Assembly (NCBI GenBank): GCA_014382375.1
Contig: JACNJU010000144.1
Coordinates: 23,030 to 47,029 of the forward strand
DNA length: 24,000 nt
Direction of reading: 5' to 3'
Source: Rhodospirillaceae bacterium
GTDB lineage: Bacteria; Pseudomonadota; Alphaproteobacteria; Rhodospirillales; JABHCV01
Shown here: positions 8,049 to 15,335 of the stretch, piece by piece
How positions within the stretch are numbered: position 1 is the stretch's first letter
Layout of the letters: the number at the start of each line of letters is the position of its first letter
Position numbers and translations under genes: made by a program
Notes under the pieces: generated by a model
The model's database searches: none
Seen by the model: only the letters and a program-made list of their open reading frames with translations
What the model was told of the DNA's origin: nothing

Positions 8049-9233
8049 ATGCTCACATTGTTCCTTATTGTCTTTATCGATCTCGTCGGCTTCGGAATCA
8101 TCATTCCGTTGCTGCCGTTTTTTGGCGAGCATTTTAACGCCAGTCCGGCCATGATCGGCCTATTGATGGCATCCTATTCACTGGCCCAGTTTATTGCCGC
8201 CCCCTTTTGGGGCCGCACCAGTGATCGCATCGGTCGCCGCCCGGTCTTACTGATTACACTGGCCGGGACCTCGGCTTCCTATGTTCTGTTGGGATTTTCC
8301 AACTCCCTTTTGATGTTGTTTTTGGCGCGCGGACTGGGTGGCTTCATGGCTGGTAACATTTCAACCGCCTTCGCCTATGTCGCCGACATCACGACACCGG
8401 AAAACCGTACCAAGGGGATGGGCGTTATCGGCGCCGCCTTTGGTCTTGGCTTTATCGCAGGCCCTGCTATCGGCGGAATTCTTGCTGGTCCCGATCCATT
8501 AAATGCAGATTACCAGACACCCTCACTGGCCGCTGCGGGACTTTCCGCCATCGCCCTGACCATGGCCTTCTTTCTGCTTAAGGAATCCCTGTCTGACGAT
8601 ATCCGCAAAGAGATTGCCGAAATGCCTGCCAAAAACCGCCGCCAGCAATTTAAGAGCGCCCTTGGCAAACCCGGCGTCGGTCTGCTGATCGGCTTGTCCT
8701 TTCTGGCCACCTTTGTTTTTGCCGGCATGGAGACAACCTTCGCCATGTGGTCTGAACGGCGCATGGGTTGGGGACCGCAACAAAACGGTTACCTGTTCGC
8801 CTTCGTCGGCATTCTCTCCGCCCTTGTGCAGGGAGGCCTTGTCGGAAGACTGGCCCGGCGCTTCGGCGAGACCAATCTGGTGATCCAGGGCGCTACCGCT
8901 CTTGCCCTGGGCATGTTATTGATTCCGTTCACCAATTCCCTTGTCACGCTGCTTGGCGCCATGGTTATCGTGGCTTACGGTTTCAGCATCATCACGCCAT
9001 CACTGAACAGCCTTATTTCACTGCAAGTTGGCTCCGGCGAGCAAGGCGGGGTGATGGGGGTTGGCCGTTCCGCAACGACCATGGCGCGCGTCATAGGACC
9101 AGCCTGGGCCGGCTTATTGTTCTCGCTGCTGGGTATGGACTGGCCCTATTTCGGGGGTGCGGCGGTGATGTCAGTGGTCGTCCTGCTTGGCCTTCGAGGC
9201 TTGAAATCGATCCACGTTCCTAAGAAAGCTTAA
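8049..9233 (+). CDS. MFS transporter (12-TM, drug/H+ antiporter-like)
   Basis: 394 aa, hydrophobic throughout. It has MFS motif A GRTSDRIGRRPVLL and a TCR/Tet-like N-terminus FIDLVGFGIIIPLLPFF. Confidence 0.85.
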   Translation: MLTLFLIVFIDLVGFGIIIPLLPFFGEHFNASPAMIGLLMASYSLAQFIAAPFWGRTSDRIGRRPVLLITLAGTSASYVLLGFSNSLLMLFLARGLGGFMAGNISTAFAYVADITTPENRTKGMGVIGAAFGLGFIAGPAIGGILAGPDPLNADYQTPSLAAAGLSAIALTMAFFLLKESLSDDIRKEIAEMPAKNRRQQFKSALGKPGVGLLIGLSFLATFVFAGMETTFAMWSERRMGWGPQQNGYLFAFVGILSALVQGGLVGRLARRFGETNLVIQGATALALGMLLIPFTNSLVTLLGAMVIVAYGFSIITPSLNSLISLQVGSGEQGGVMGVGRSATTMARVIGPAWAGLLFSLLGMDWPYFGGAAVMSVVVLLGLRGLKSIHVPKKA

Positions 9234-9558
9234 GCGAGAACGGTGTTCCCGACACCGATGTCATCTCGTTTGACAGCAAATCATAAAGCTTTTCACCTGT
9301 CCGGGTGTCGATCCAGCTGTCTTGCTGTTCATCGAAATAGAAATGCTTGGCTCCGCTAACAGGTGATGACAGCCAGATTTCCAAATTTGGTGCCTGTTTA
9401 TTGATCACGTACTGGCTGCCATTTTCCAGCTCGATATTAACAATCCCGGCTTCAAAATCGACGTCCATGATATCACCCAGAGCGTCGTCAATTTGCTCAA
9501 ATATGTCATGCAGGGTTTTTCCGGCTTTGGTTTCAAAGGTTTTACTATCGAGTGGCAT
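9220..9558 (-). CDS. cyaY: Iron donor protein CyaY (frataxin homolog)
   Basis: 112 aa with an acidic N-terminal helix (HDIFEQIDDALGDIMDVDFE) and frataxin-like VINKQAPNLEIWLSSPVSGAKHF. Its 3' end overlaps the convergent MFS gene by 14 nt. Confidence 0.85.
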   Translation of the reverse strand: MPLDSKTFETKAGKTLHDIFEQIDDALGDIMDVDFEAGIVNIELENGSQYVINKQAPNLEIWLSSPVSGAKHFYFDEQQDSWIDTRTGEKLYDLLSNEMTSVSGTPFSLKLS

Positions 9559-9754
9559 ATTTTAGACTCTTTTTATCAGGTTTAAATTTTATCACTGAAT
9601 TATTTTGGAGAAGCGCGTTTCAACAACTTTTTTTTCTCTATAAGGTATTGTTCTCATTCATTTTCGGTTAATATTTCTCACGATATGATATCGCATTGAT
9701 TCGCAGATTAAAGGTGCACATAATGAGCCGCGCACCATATTGCAATATGACCAC

Positions 9755-9783
9755 TTGAACACACCAGGATGTCAGAGTATATA
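9755..9783 (+). promoter_or_regulatory. Predicted sigma70-type promoter of rpmE
   Basis: TTGAAC (9755-9760), a 17-nt spacer, then TATATA (9778-9783). This is ~28 nt upstream of the GTG start, and the SD CAGGAG lies in between. Confidence 0.45.
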
Positions 9784-9811
9784 GGGCGGCTTATTTTCAG
9801 GAGCACAGACC

Positions 9812-10039
9812 GTGAAGAAAGATACGCATCCAGACTACCATGAAATCACCGTCCAGATGACTGACGGCAGCACCTACGCGACCCGCTCCACCTGGGGCAG
9901 TGCCGGTGACACCATCAAGCTGGACATCGACCCGAAAACACACCCTGCCTGGACTGGTGTTCATCGCCTGCTCGACAGTGGTGGACAGTTGGCCAAGTTC
10001 AATAAGAAGTTCAAAGATTTCGGATTGAAGCACGATTAA
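9812..10039 (+). CDS. rpmE: 50S ribosomal protein L31
   Basis: 75 aa: [20 protein letters not shown]...HPAWTG...[11 protein letters not shown]. It has a GTG start with an SD upstream. Confidence 0.95.
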   Translation: MKKDTHPDYHEITVQMTDGSTYATRSTWGSAGDTIKLDIDPKTHPAWTGVHRLLDSGGQLAKFNKKFKDFGLKHD

Positions 10040-10097
10040 TAAATTCTGGCTAAGGATTAGCCTGGATAAGTTCTCACGGGGGGGGTGGGAGTAACTG

Positions 10098-10637
10098 ATG
10101 GCTCATCAGACGCATTACGAAGTTCACGTTAAGCAGAACGGTCGCTGGGAAATCCACGGGCGCCATTCGCAGGCGGAAAAAGAACAGGCCATCGAGGAAG
10201 CCAAGTCCCTGGACGGGCAAAAGCACATCCAGGCTGTCAAGGTGATCCAGGAAATTTACGATCCTGAAGAGGGATCGTCCAAGGAGTATAACGTCTATGC
10301 TCCTGGCCAGAAAAAATACCAGCCGCCCCGCAAAAAAACCAAGAAAGACATCGCCAGGGAAGAAGAAGAAGCAGCGAGCACGGCGGCCAGAAGTATCAGG
10401 AAACCCCAAAAAAGCGGTCGTTCCCTTGTCAGCATTCTGATGAGTATCGCCCTGATTTCAGCCTTCTCGACCATCGTTGGCGCGCTGTTTACATGGTTTA
10501 CCGGAATGTTCCTGGCCGATTCAGGCGTCAGTGGCAACGCCCAGACAAATATCCTTTTTATCGTCTTCCTGTCGGTCTTCGTAATCGCCGCCATTCCCAT
10601 GGCCATCGTCTTCCTTGGCAAAAACGACGACGATTAG
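10098..10637 (+). CDS. Membrane protein (179 aa): unassigned N-terminal module plus a 2-TM hairpin; short paralog of the cyclase N-terminus
   Basis: SD GGGAG lies 6 nt upstream. The N-terminal ~67 aa and the 2-TM region align by eye with residues 1-210 of the next ORF (EVHV.QNGRWEI.GRH, AK.LD, VKVI.E.YD.E.G, QTNI.F). A basic linker (KKYQPPRKKTKKD) precedes TM1. Confidence 0.65.
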   Translation: MAHQTHYEVHVKQNGRWEIHGRHSQAEKEQAIEEAKSLDGQKHIQAVKVIQEIYDPEEGSSKEYNVYAPGQKKYQPPRKKTKKDIAREEEEAASTAARSIRKPQKSGRSLVSILMSIALISAFSTIVGALFTWFTGMFLADSGVSGNAQTNILFIVFLSVFVIAAIPMAIVFLGKNDDD

Positions 10638-10745
10638 AGTCACCCTTTCCAAGATTCCCATTCAGGATGTCAAAAACAACCCGCTTGACTTATAGTTTCC
10701 ATAATTGTTTTCAAGGACAAGCAAAGTTCTGCTGTAGGAAACGCA

Positions 10746-12605
10746 ATGGCTAAGCAGATTATTTTTGAGGTGCATGTCTTTCAGAACGGCCGATGGGAAA
10801 TCCAGGGCCGCCATGAATCTTCTGAGATGAAGGCAGCCATTGCCGATGCCAAGGGGCTGGACCAACTCCCAAACATCGACATGGTCAAGGTCATCCTTGA
10901 AGAATATGACGATGAAACAGGCCACACCACAGAAAACATTGTCTACCGCTCGGCTGGCATGGCAGACAGCGAAGGTGGCCCAATCTCCATGGCTTCCAAG
11001 GTCAGAGCCGAAAAAAAATCCAACTCCTCATTTGGCGGGTCATCGGCATCTTCAGCGGGCTCGTCATTTTTTGATGACGACGATGATGATGATTTTGATG
11101 ATGACTTTTCGTCAGCCCGGGCAAGGAAATCGGCACGGGCAAGGCGTCCTGGCGGGCCCAGAAAAACCACCTTCGTCGGTGTCCTCGTTAAAATTCTCCT
11201 GATTATCCTGTTCTCTGTAACCATCGCGGCCTTAATGGCGGGTGGCGCGATCATGTTCCTGCGCGATACCTCCCTTAGCAGCAACGTGCAGACAAATATC
11301 GTGTTTGTCATGTTTATTGTTATTTTCCTGCTCAGCGCCGTTGTCATGTCCATGAATTTCATGCGCAAGGATGAAATCAGCACCCCCAACATACATGCAC
11401 CAAGTAGACGACAACGCCCCAAAAAGGCGCCCAAAAAAGCCCCAAGGCCTGAAAAAACGAAAAGCGAAAAAGAAGAGAGGCCAACCAAAAAGAAAATTGA
11501 AAAAGATGAAGATCTTGATCCAAGCGAAGAAGGCCTCGCTTCCAAGGCCGGGGAAGAATTGAAAGAGCAACTCAGTAAAGAAAAATCCAAGGAAGAAGAA
11601 AAAGAAGAGAAAAATGCGACCCCCGACCCTGAAGAAGAGCAGGAGGATGAGACACCCGAACCGGAACCCGAAGTACCCGCAAGCCTGTCTGCCCACGCCG
11701 AGAAGCAGCGCGTCTACCTGATGACGTTTTTAAGCGAGGGTCTGGAGAGATGTGAAGCCGACACAAAGAAACTCGACAGTTTCAACAAGTTCGGCCTCAA
11801 CCTGTATTTGGCCGGGGCCAGTGAGATTATGGGACAGGCGCGCAACCTGGATCATTATTCCCTGACCAAGATTCTCGCTGAAACCGTCTCATTGATGGGC
11901 TTTAAAGATGCGGACGCCGCCAAGTTCGCGGAAAAGTACGAAGACTACCTGCTCGCCGATGCCAGGTACATGCAGATGTTCCAGGCCGGCCGCAACGCCA
12001 TGAATTCCTACATGGAGAAAAACCCCGAGGCCATGAAATATCTGGGCCAGGCCCTGACCGACTGGAACAAGCCAACACAAAAGGAGGAAAGCACAGGCCC
12101 GGTCACTGTGCTGTTCACCGATATCGCCGGTTCCACGGCAATGACCCAGAACCTGGGCGACGCCGTTGCCCAACAAATCGTGCGCGCCCACAACCGTATT
12201 GTCCGCGAAGCGCTCACGCAATTTGCCGGCAAGGAAATCAAACACACCGGCGATGGCATCATGGCGTCGTTTTCGACCACCTCAAACGGAGTCGAAGGCT
12301 CTATCAAAATCCAGATTGATACGGCCAAACACAACGAAAACAACCCGGACCTTCCCCTGCACATCAAGATCGGTCTCAACGCCGGGGAACCCATATCCGA
12401 AGACAATGACCTGTTCGGTTCGACCGTGCAGATGGCGGCGCGCATTGTCGACAAGGCAAAGGCCGACGAGATTTTTGTTTCTGAAATCGTTCGCGGTATC
12501 TGTGCCGGCAAGGAAACCACCTTCAAAAACCGAGGTCCCTTCGCCATGAAGGGCTTCGATGAAGACCCAATCCTCTATGAAGTTGTGTGGAAAAAAGAAG
12601 AATAG
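10746..12605 (+). CDS. Membrane-anchored class III adenylate/guanylate cyclase carrying the same N-terminal module, a 2-TM hairpin, a K/E-rich linker and a helical domain
   Basis: 619 aa. The C-terminal domain (nt ~12096-12590) has VLFTDIAGSTAMT, EIKHTGDGIMASF, KIGLNAGEP and LFGSTVQMAARI, a class III cyclase pattern. It also contains a poly-Asp run FFDDDDDDDFDDDF and a K/E-rich segment at nt ~11400-11650. Confidence 0.85.
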   Translation: MAKQIIFEVHVFQNGRWEIQGRHESSEMKAAIADAKGLDQLPNIDMVKVILEEYDDETGHTTENIVYRSAGMADSEGGPISMASKVRAEKKSNSSFGGSSASSAGSSFFDDDDDDDFDDDFSSARARKSARARRPGGPRKTTFVGVLVKILLIILFSVTIAALMAGGAIMFLRDTSLSSNVQTNIVFVMFIVIFLLSAVVMSMNFMRKDEISTPNIHAPSRRQRPKKAPKKAPRPEKTKSEKEERPTKKKIEKDEDLDPSEEGLASKAGEELKEQLSKEKSKEEEKEEKNATPDPEEEQEDETPEPEPEVPASLSAHAEKQRVYLMTFLSEGLERCEADTKKLDSFNKFGLNLYLAGASEIMGQARNLDHYSLTKILAETVSLMGFKDADAAKFAEKYEDYLLADARYMQMFQAGRNAMNSYMEKNPEAMKYLGQALTDWNKPTQKEESTGPVTVLFTDIAGSTAMTQNLGDAVAQQIVRAHNRIVREALTQFAGKEIKHTGDGIMASFSTTSNGVEGSIKIQIDTAKHNENNPDLPLHIKIGLNAGEPISEDNDLFGSTVQMAARIVDKAKADEIFVSEIVRGICAGKETTFKNRGPFAMKGFDEDPILYEVVWKKEE

Positions 12606-12614
12606 CGCCCTCCC

Positions 12615-12643
12615 CTTGCGCCCAACATTTGACGACCATATAT
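12615..12643 (+). promoter_or_regulatory. Candidate RpoH (sigma32)-type promoter of hsp20
   Basis: CTTG (12615-12618), an 18-nt spacer, then CATATAT (12637-12643). This is close to the alphaproteobacterial CTTG-N17/18-CYTATNT consensus, with one mismatch in the -10. Confidence 0.3.
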
Positions 12644-12649
12644 CCACGT

Positions 12650-12761
12650 TAACGACGGATGCCGACACGAAAGGGTCCGCCGTAAGACAACACCAGGGGT
12701 CCGACCATGATGGTGGGCACCGATTAACCAGTCTCGCTTGATAAAAGGAGAAAACGCTATG
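12650..12761 (+). promoter_or_regulatory. ROSE-like RNA thermometer in the hsp20 5' leader
   Basis: The predicted leader is ~110 nt. The final hairpin pairs TCTC-G-CTT (12732-12739) with AAGGAGA (12745-12751), masking the SD, with a bulged G opposite it. The 5' arm contains UCGCU, matching the ROSE U(U/C)GCU signature. An additional upstream hairpin is ACGACGGA...TCCGCCGT. The downstream gene is an IbpA-class sHSP. Confidence 0.45.
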
Positions 12762-13229
12762 CGTACAATTGATTTCACCCCCCTTCACCGTTTTGCCGTC
12801 GGCTTTGATCGCATGCAACGCCAATTCGACCACGCCATGCAAGTGGATGACGCCCAGTCGTCCTATCCGCCCTACAACATCGAGGCATTAAGGGCCGAGG
12901 ATGGTGCCGATAAATATCGCATCACCATGGCGGTCGCCGGTTTTGGCGAAGAAGACCTGGCTATTGAGCTTAAGGAAGACACCCTGTTCGTTTCAGGCAA
13001 GGCCGATAAACCAGAGCAGGAAGTTCAATACCTGCATCATGGTATTGCCGGTCGTGCGTTCGAACGCCGTTTTGAACTCGCCGATCACATCAAGGTTCTT
13101 TCCGCAAGCCTGGAAAACGGCATGTTACATATCGAACTGGCCCGCGAAGTGCCCGAAGAAAAGAAACCGCGCCGGATCAACATTGAACCCGCAAGCAAAG
13201 CCAAAGGGATTGAAAACAAGGCCGCCTGA
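12759..13229 (+). CDS. Small heat shock protein, Hsp20/alpha-crystallin family (IbpA-like)
   Basis: The alpha-crystallin domain reads YPPYNIE...YRITMAVAGFGEEDLAIELKEDTLFVSGK...GIAGRAFERRFELAD...NGMLHIEL. I prefer the ATG at 12759 (AAGGAG 8 nt upstream) over the track's TTG at 12738. Confidence 0.9.
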   Translation: MRTIDFTPLHRFAVGFDRMQRQFDHAMQVDDAQSSYPPYNIEALRAEDGADKYRITMAVAGFGEEDLAIELKEDTLFVSGKADKPEQEVQYLHHGIAGRAFERRFELADHIKVLSASLENGMLHIELAREVPEEKKPRRINIEPASKAKGIENKAA

Positions 13230-13253
13230 CTATCTCCAGAGGCTTGATCATCA

Positions 13254-13294
13254 GGGGTGCGCTTACGTCAATGTGGCGCACCCCTTTTGCTTTT
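13254..13294 (+). terminator. Rho-independent terminator of hsp20
   Basis: Stem GGGGTGCGC (13254-13262) pairs with GCGCACCCC (13276-13284) and is followed by TTTTGCTTTT. Confidence 0.7.
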
Positions 13295-13350
13295 ACACAC
13301 AATGATGCTAGGGTAATTTGATTATGATCGGCATTTAGGAGAGAACCGCG

Positions 13351-13569
13351 ATGGAAAGGCTTGGCACGACTTTCATGTTCGTCATGAAACTGCTTCCGGC
13401 GGTCGTCATTTTCACGTTGTTTCTTTCATTTGAGGGCAACCTGCGCTGGCTCGCGCTCCTCGGCTTTATCCCCCTTGTCCTGGTCTTCTGCAAAGGCTGC
13501 ACAGCCTGCATGAGAGAGCCCGATCAAAACCAGAAAGAAAGCGCCTGGCATCCGGGCACCGGTAACTGA
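13351..13569 (+). CDS. Small membrane protein (72 aa, two hydrophobic helices, CKGCTAC motif)
   Basis: SD AGGAG lies 9 nt upstream of the ATG. The hydrophobic segments are FMFVMKLLPAVVIFTLFLSF and WLALLGFIPLVLVF. The Cys cluster follows helix 2. I cannot assign a family; the resemblance to DUF2892-type small proteins is weak. Confidence 0.5.
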   Translation: MERLGTTFMFVMKLLPAVVIFTLFLSFEGNLRWLALLGFIPLVLVFCKGCTACMREPDQNQKESAWHPGTGN

Positions 13570-13577
13570 TTTTCACT

Positions 13578-13844
13578 TAGAGCATATCCGGGTTATTTTA
13601 AACCATTCTGACCATGTTATTTGCTTCGTGAATAGGAACGCGCCGCAACGCGATGCCATCGCATCGGGTAAGGTGGGTGACGACGTCACGAAGCAAAAGA
13701 ACATGGCCTTCGGTGGGGCATATCGGCCTGTCGGGGTCGTTGCGACCCTTGCCCGATGCGATAGCATCGCGCGGCGGACCGCGCCTACCCGAGCAAACCG
13801 ATCTGCCCCACCAGAATGGTTCAAAATAACCCGGACATGCTCTA
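13578..13844. mobile_element. MITE-like, non-coding palindromic mosaic element (267 bp)
   Basis: 33-bp terminal inverted repeats TAGAGCATATCCGGGTTATTTTAAACCATTCTG (13578-13610) and the reverse complement of 13812-13844 match at 31/33. The arm similarity continues inward, e.g. CGCGATGCCATCGCATCGGGTAAGG against the reverse complement of CCTTGCCCGATGCGATAGCATCGCG. A TA dinucleotide sits at both ends. No transposase ORF is present. Confidence 0.6.
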
Positions 13845-14275
13845 GCTATAACGCTTGAACATTTCCCGAATAGAGTCCGGAATTGGCGCCGGGCGGTCGC
13901 TTTGCTTGTCGACAAACACGTGCACGAAATGGCCCAGGGCGGCCGGGCTTTCCGCGCCTTCGGTAAACAGGCCGATAGCGTAGGTAACGCTTGAGGTTCC
14001 CAGTTTCGCGACTCTTAAACCGGCCTCGACAATATCGGGATAGGAAAGTGGGCGGCGAAATTTGCATAAGGTTTCAACCGCCAGGGGCGCAACCTGATCG
14101 TCGGTCCAGTGCAGGCCGCCTTCTTTCATTAAAAAGCGCACGACGATGGCTTCGAAATAGCTGTAGTACATAACGTTATTAACGTGACCCAGCATGTCGT
14201 TGTCGTTCCAGCGGGTCGGCACGTCGAGCATATAGCGGCAGTCTTCGCGGCAGGTGATATCGGCAATTTCGCTCA

Positions 14276-14276
<1 letters not shown>
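13842..14276 (-). CDS. Acyl-CoA thioesterase, 4HBT/YbgC-like hotdog fold
   Basis: 144 aa with VPTRWNDNDMLGHVNNVMYYSYFE typical of the 4HBT family. Its stop codon TAG (13842-13844) lies inside the right TIR of the MITE-like element. Confidence 0.85.
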
Positions 14277-14716
<440 letters not shown>

Positions 14717-14740
14717 CGGGGTATTGGTTACCGGATAAAC

Positions 14741-14783
14741 AAAAGTTTAAAAAGCGAAGGGCCGCCGAAACCCGGCAGCCCTT
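14741..14783 (-). terminator. Hairpin plus T-tract on the minus strand, ~40 nt upstream of the thioesterase operon
   Basis: AAGGGC-c-GCCG / CGGC-a-GCCCTT (14757-14783). On the minus strand it is followed by CGCTTTTTAAACTTTT. Its position suggests a leader or attenuator structure, or the end of an unannotated short transcript. Confidence 0.35.
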
Positions 14784-14928
14784 TTAGCCTCAACCTGTCA
14801 AACTCGCCATTGATTTTTTTTATTGGCTGGCAGGGACTCTAGACAAGCTAGGGGGCACTGGTCAAGGGGGATTTTTTGACCTTCGGCGCTCTATTTTCTT
14901 GACACGGTTTTGCAATATCTCCGATTAC

Positions 14929-14959
14929 AAAAAAAGAGCCGCCCCAAAAAAGGGGCGGC
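14929..14959 (-). terminator. Rho-independent terminator downstream of the DUF1192 gene
   Basis: GCCGCCCC (14938-14945), an A6 loop, then GGGGCGGC (14952-14959). On the minus strand a T7 run follows (14929-14935). Confidence 0.7.
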
Positions 14960-15051
14960 GAGTTTTACAGGGAGGCGTCAGGATGAATGTTTTAGGATAG
15001 GCCTGAAAAAGGCCCACATCCATCCGACGATAAAGCATAGCCAAATCATCC

Positions 15052-15067
15052 TTAACATCAGGTTAAC
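15052..15067. promoter_or_regulatory. Sequence matching the CtrA-box consensus TTAA-N7-TTAAC
   Basis: TTAA CATCAGG TTAAC at 15052-15067, abutting the DUF1192 stop codon. A 9-specified-base motif could occur by chance in 48 kb of two-strand sequence. Confidence 0.2.
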
Positions 15068-15250
15068 TTAGCTTTTGAAAACGCTTTCGGCGCCACTTCT
15101 GGCCTCATTTTTTAGGGAAATAGCAGTCCGGGCGCGGGCAATTTCCGCCTCCAGTTCCGCGATATAACCGCCCAAGGCTTCAATCGACATGACCTCAAGG
15201 TTCTTTTGCTCGGCTTTTTTCTTTTCCGGTTCCAGATCATCCGTATCCAT
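15068..15250 (-). CDS. DUF1192 family protein
   Basis: 60 aa: LEVMSIEALGGYIAELEAEIARARTAISLKNEARSGAESVFK. This matches my memory of the alphaproteobacterial DUF1192 pattern. Confidence 0.75.
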   Translation of the reverse strand: MDTDDLEPEKKKAEQKNLEVMSIEALGGYIAELEAEIARARTAISLKNEARSGAESVFKS

Positions 15251-15335
15251 GGCCCATCCCTTCGTTTGTCTCTTGTCAGTTAGGTAACAACATATTACTG
15301 GATAGAGACCTTCCTTTCAAAGTCGGAGACGATCA

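Noticed and set aside
10048-10062. Hairpin GGCTAA-gga-TTAGCC after rpmE as a terminator
   Set aside because: It has only a 6-bp stem with a 3-nt loop and no following T-tract, so it is too weak to call.
10943-11696. 215-aa and 154-aa minus-strand ORFs and small plus-strand ORFs inside the cyclase gene linker
   Set aside because: They lie in low-complexity K/E- and D-rich coding sequence, which yields open frames on both strands. The full-length + frame links conserved N- and C-terminal domains.
12738-12758. TTG start at 12738 for hsp20
   Set aside because: AAGGAG at 12745-12750 would fall inside the coding sequence. The ATG at 12759 is correctly spaced from it and gives the typical sHSP N-terminus MRTIDF.
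12008-12842. 179-aa and 186-aa minus-strand ORFs
   Set aside because: They are antisense to the cyclase catalytic domain and to the hsp20 leader. The plus-strand frame carries the class III cyclase motifs.
13573-13915. ORFs of 76-105 aa (13573..13824, 13598..13915, 13628..13858)
   Set aside because: They lie within the palindromic MITE-like element, are mirror images of each other, and have no SD or coding-like composition.
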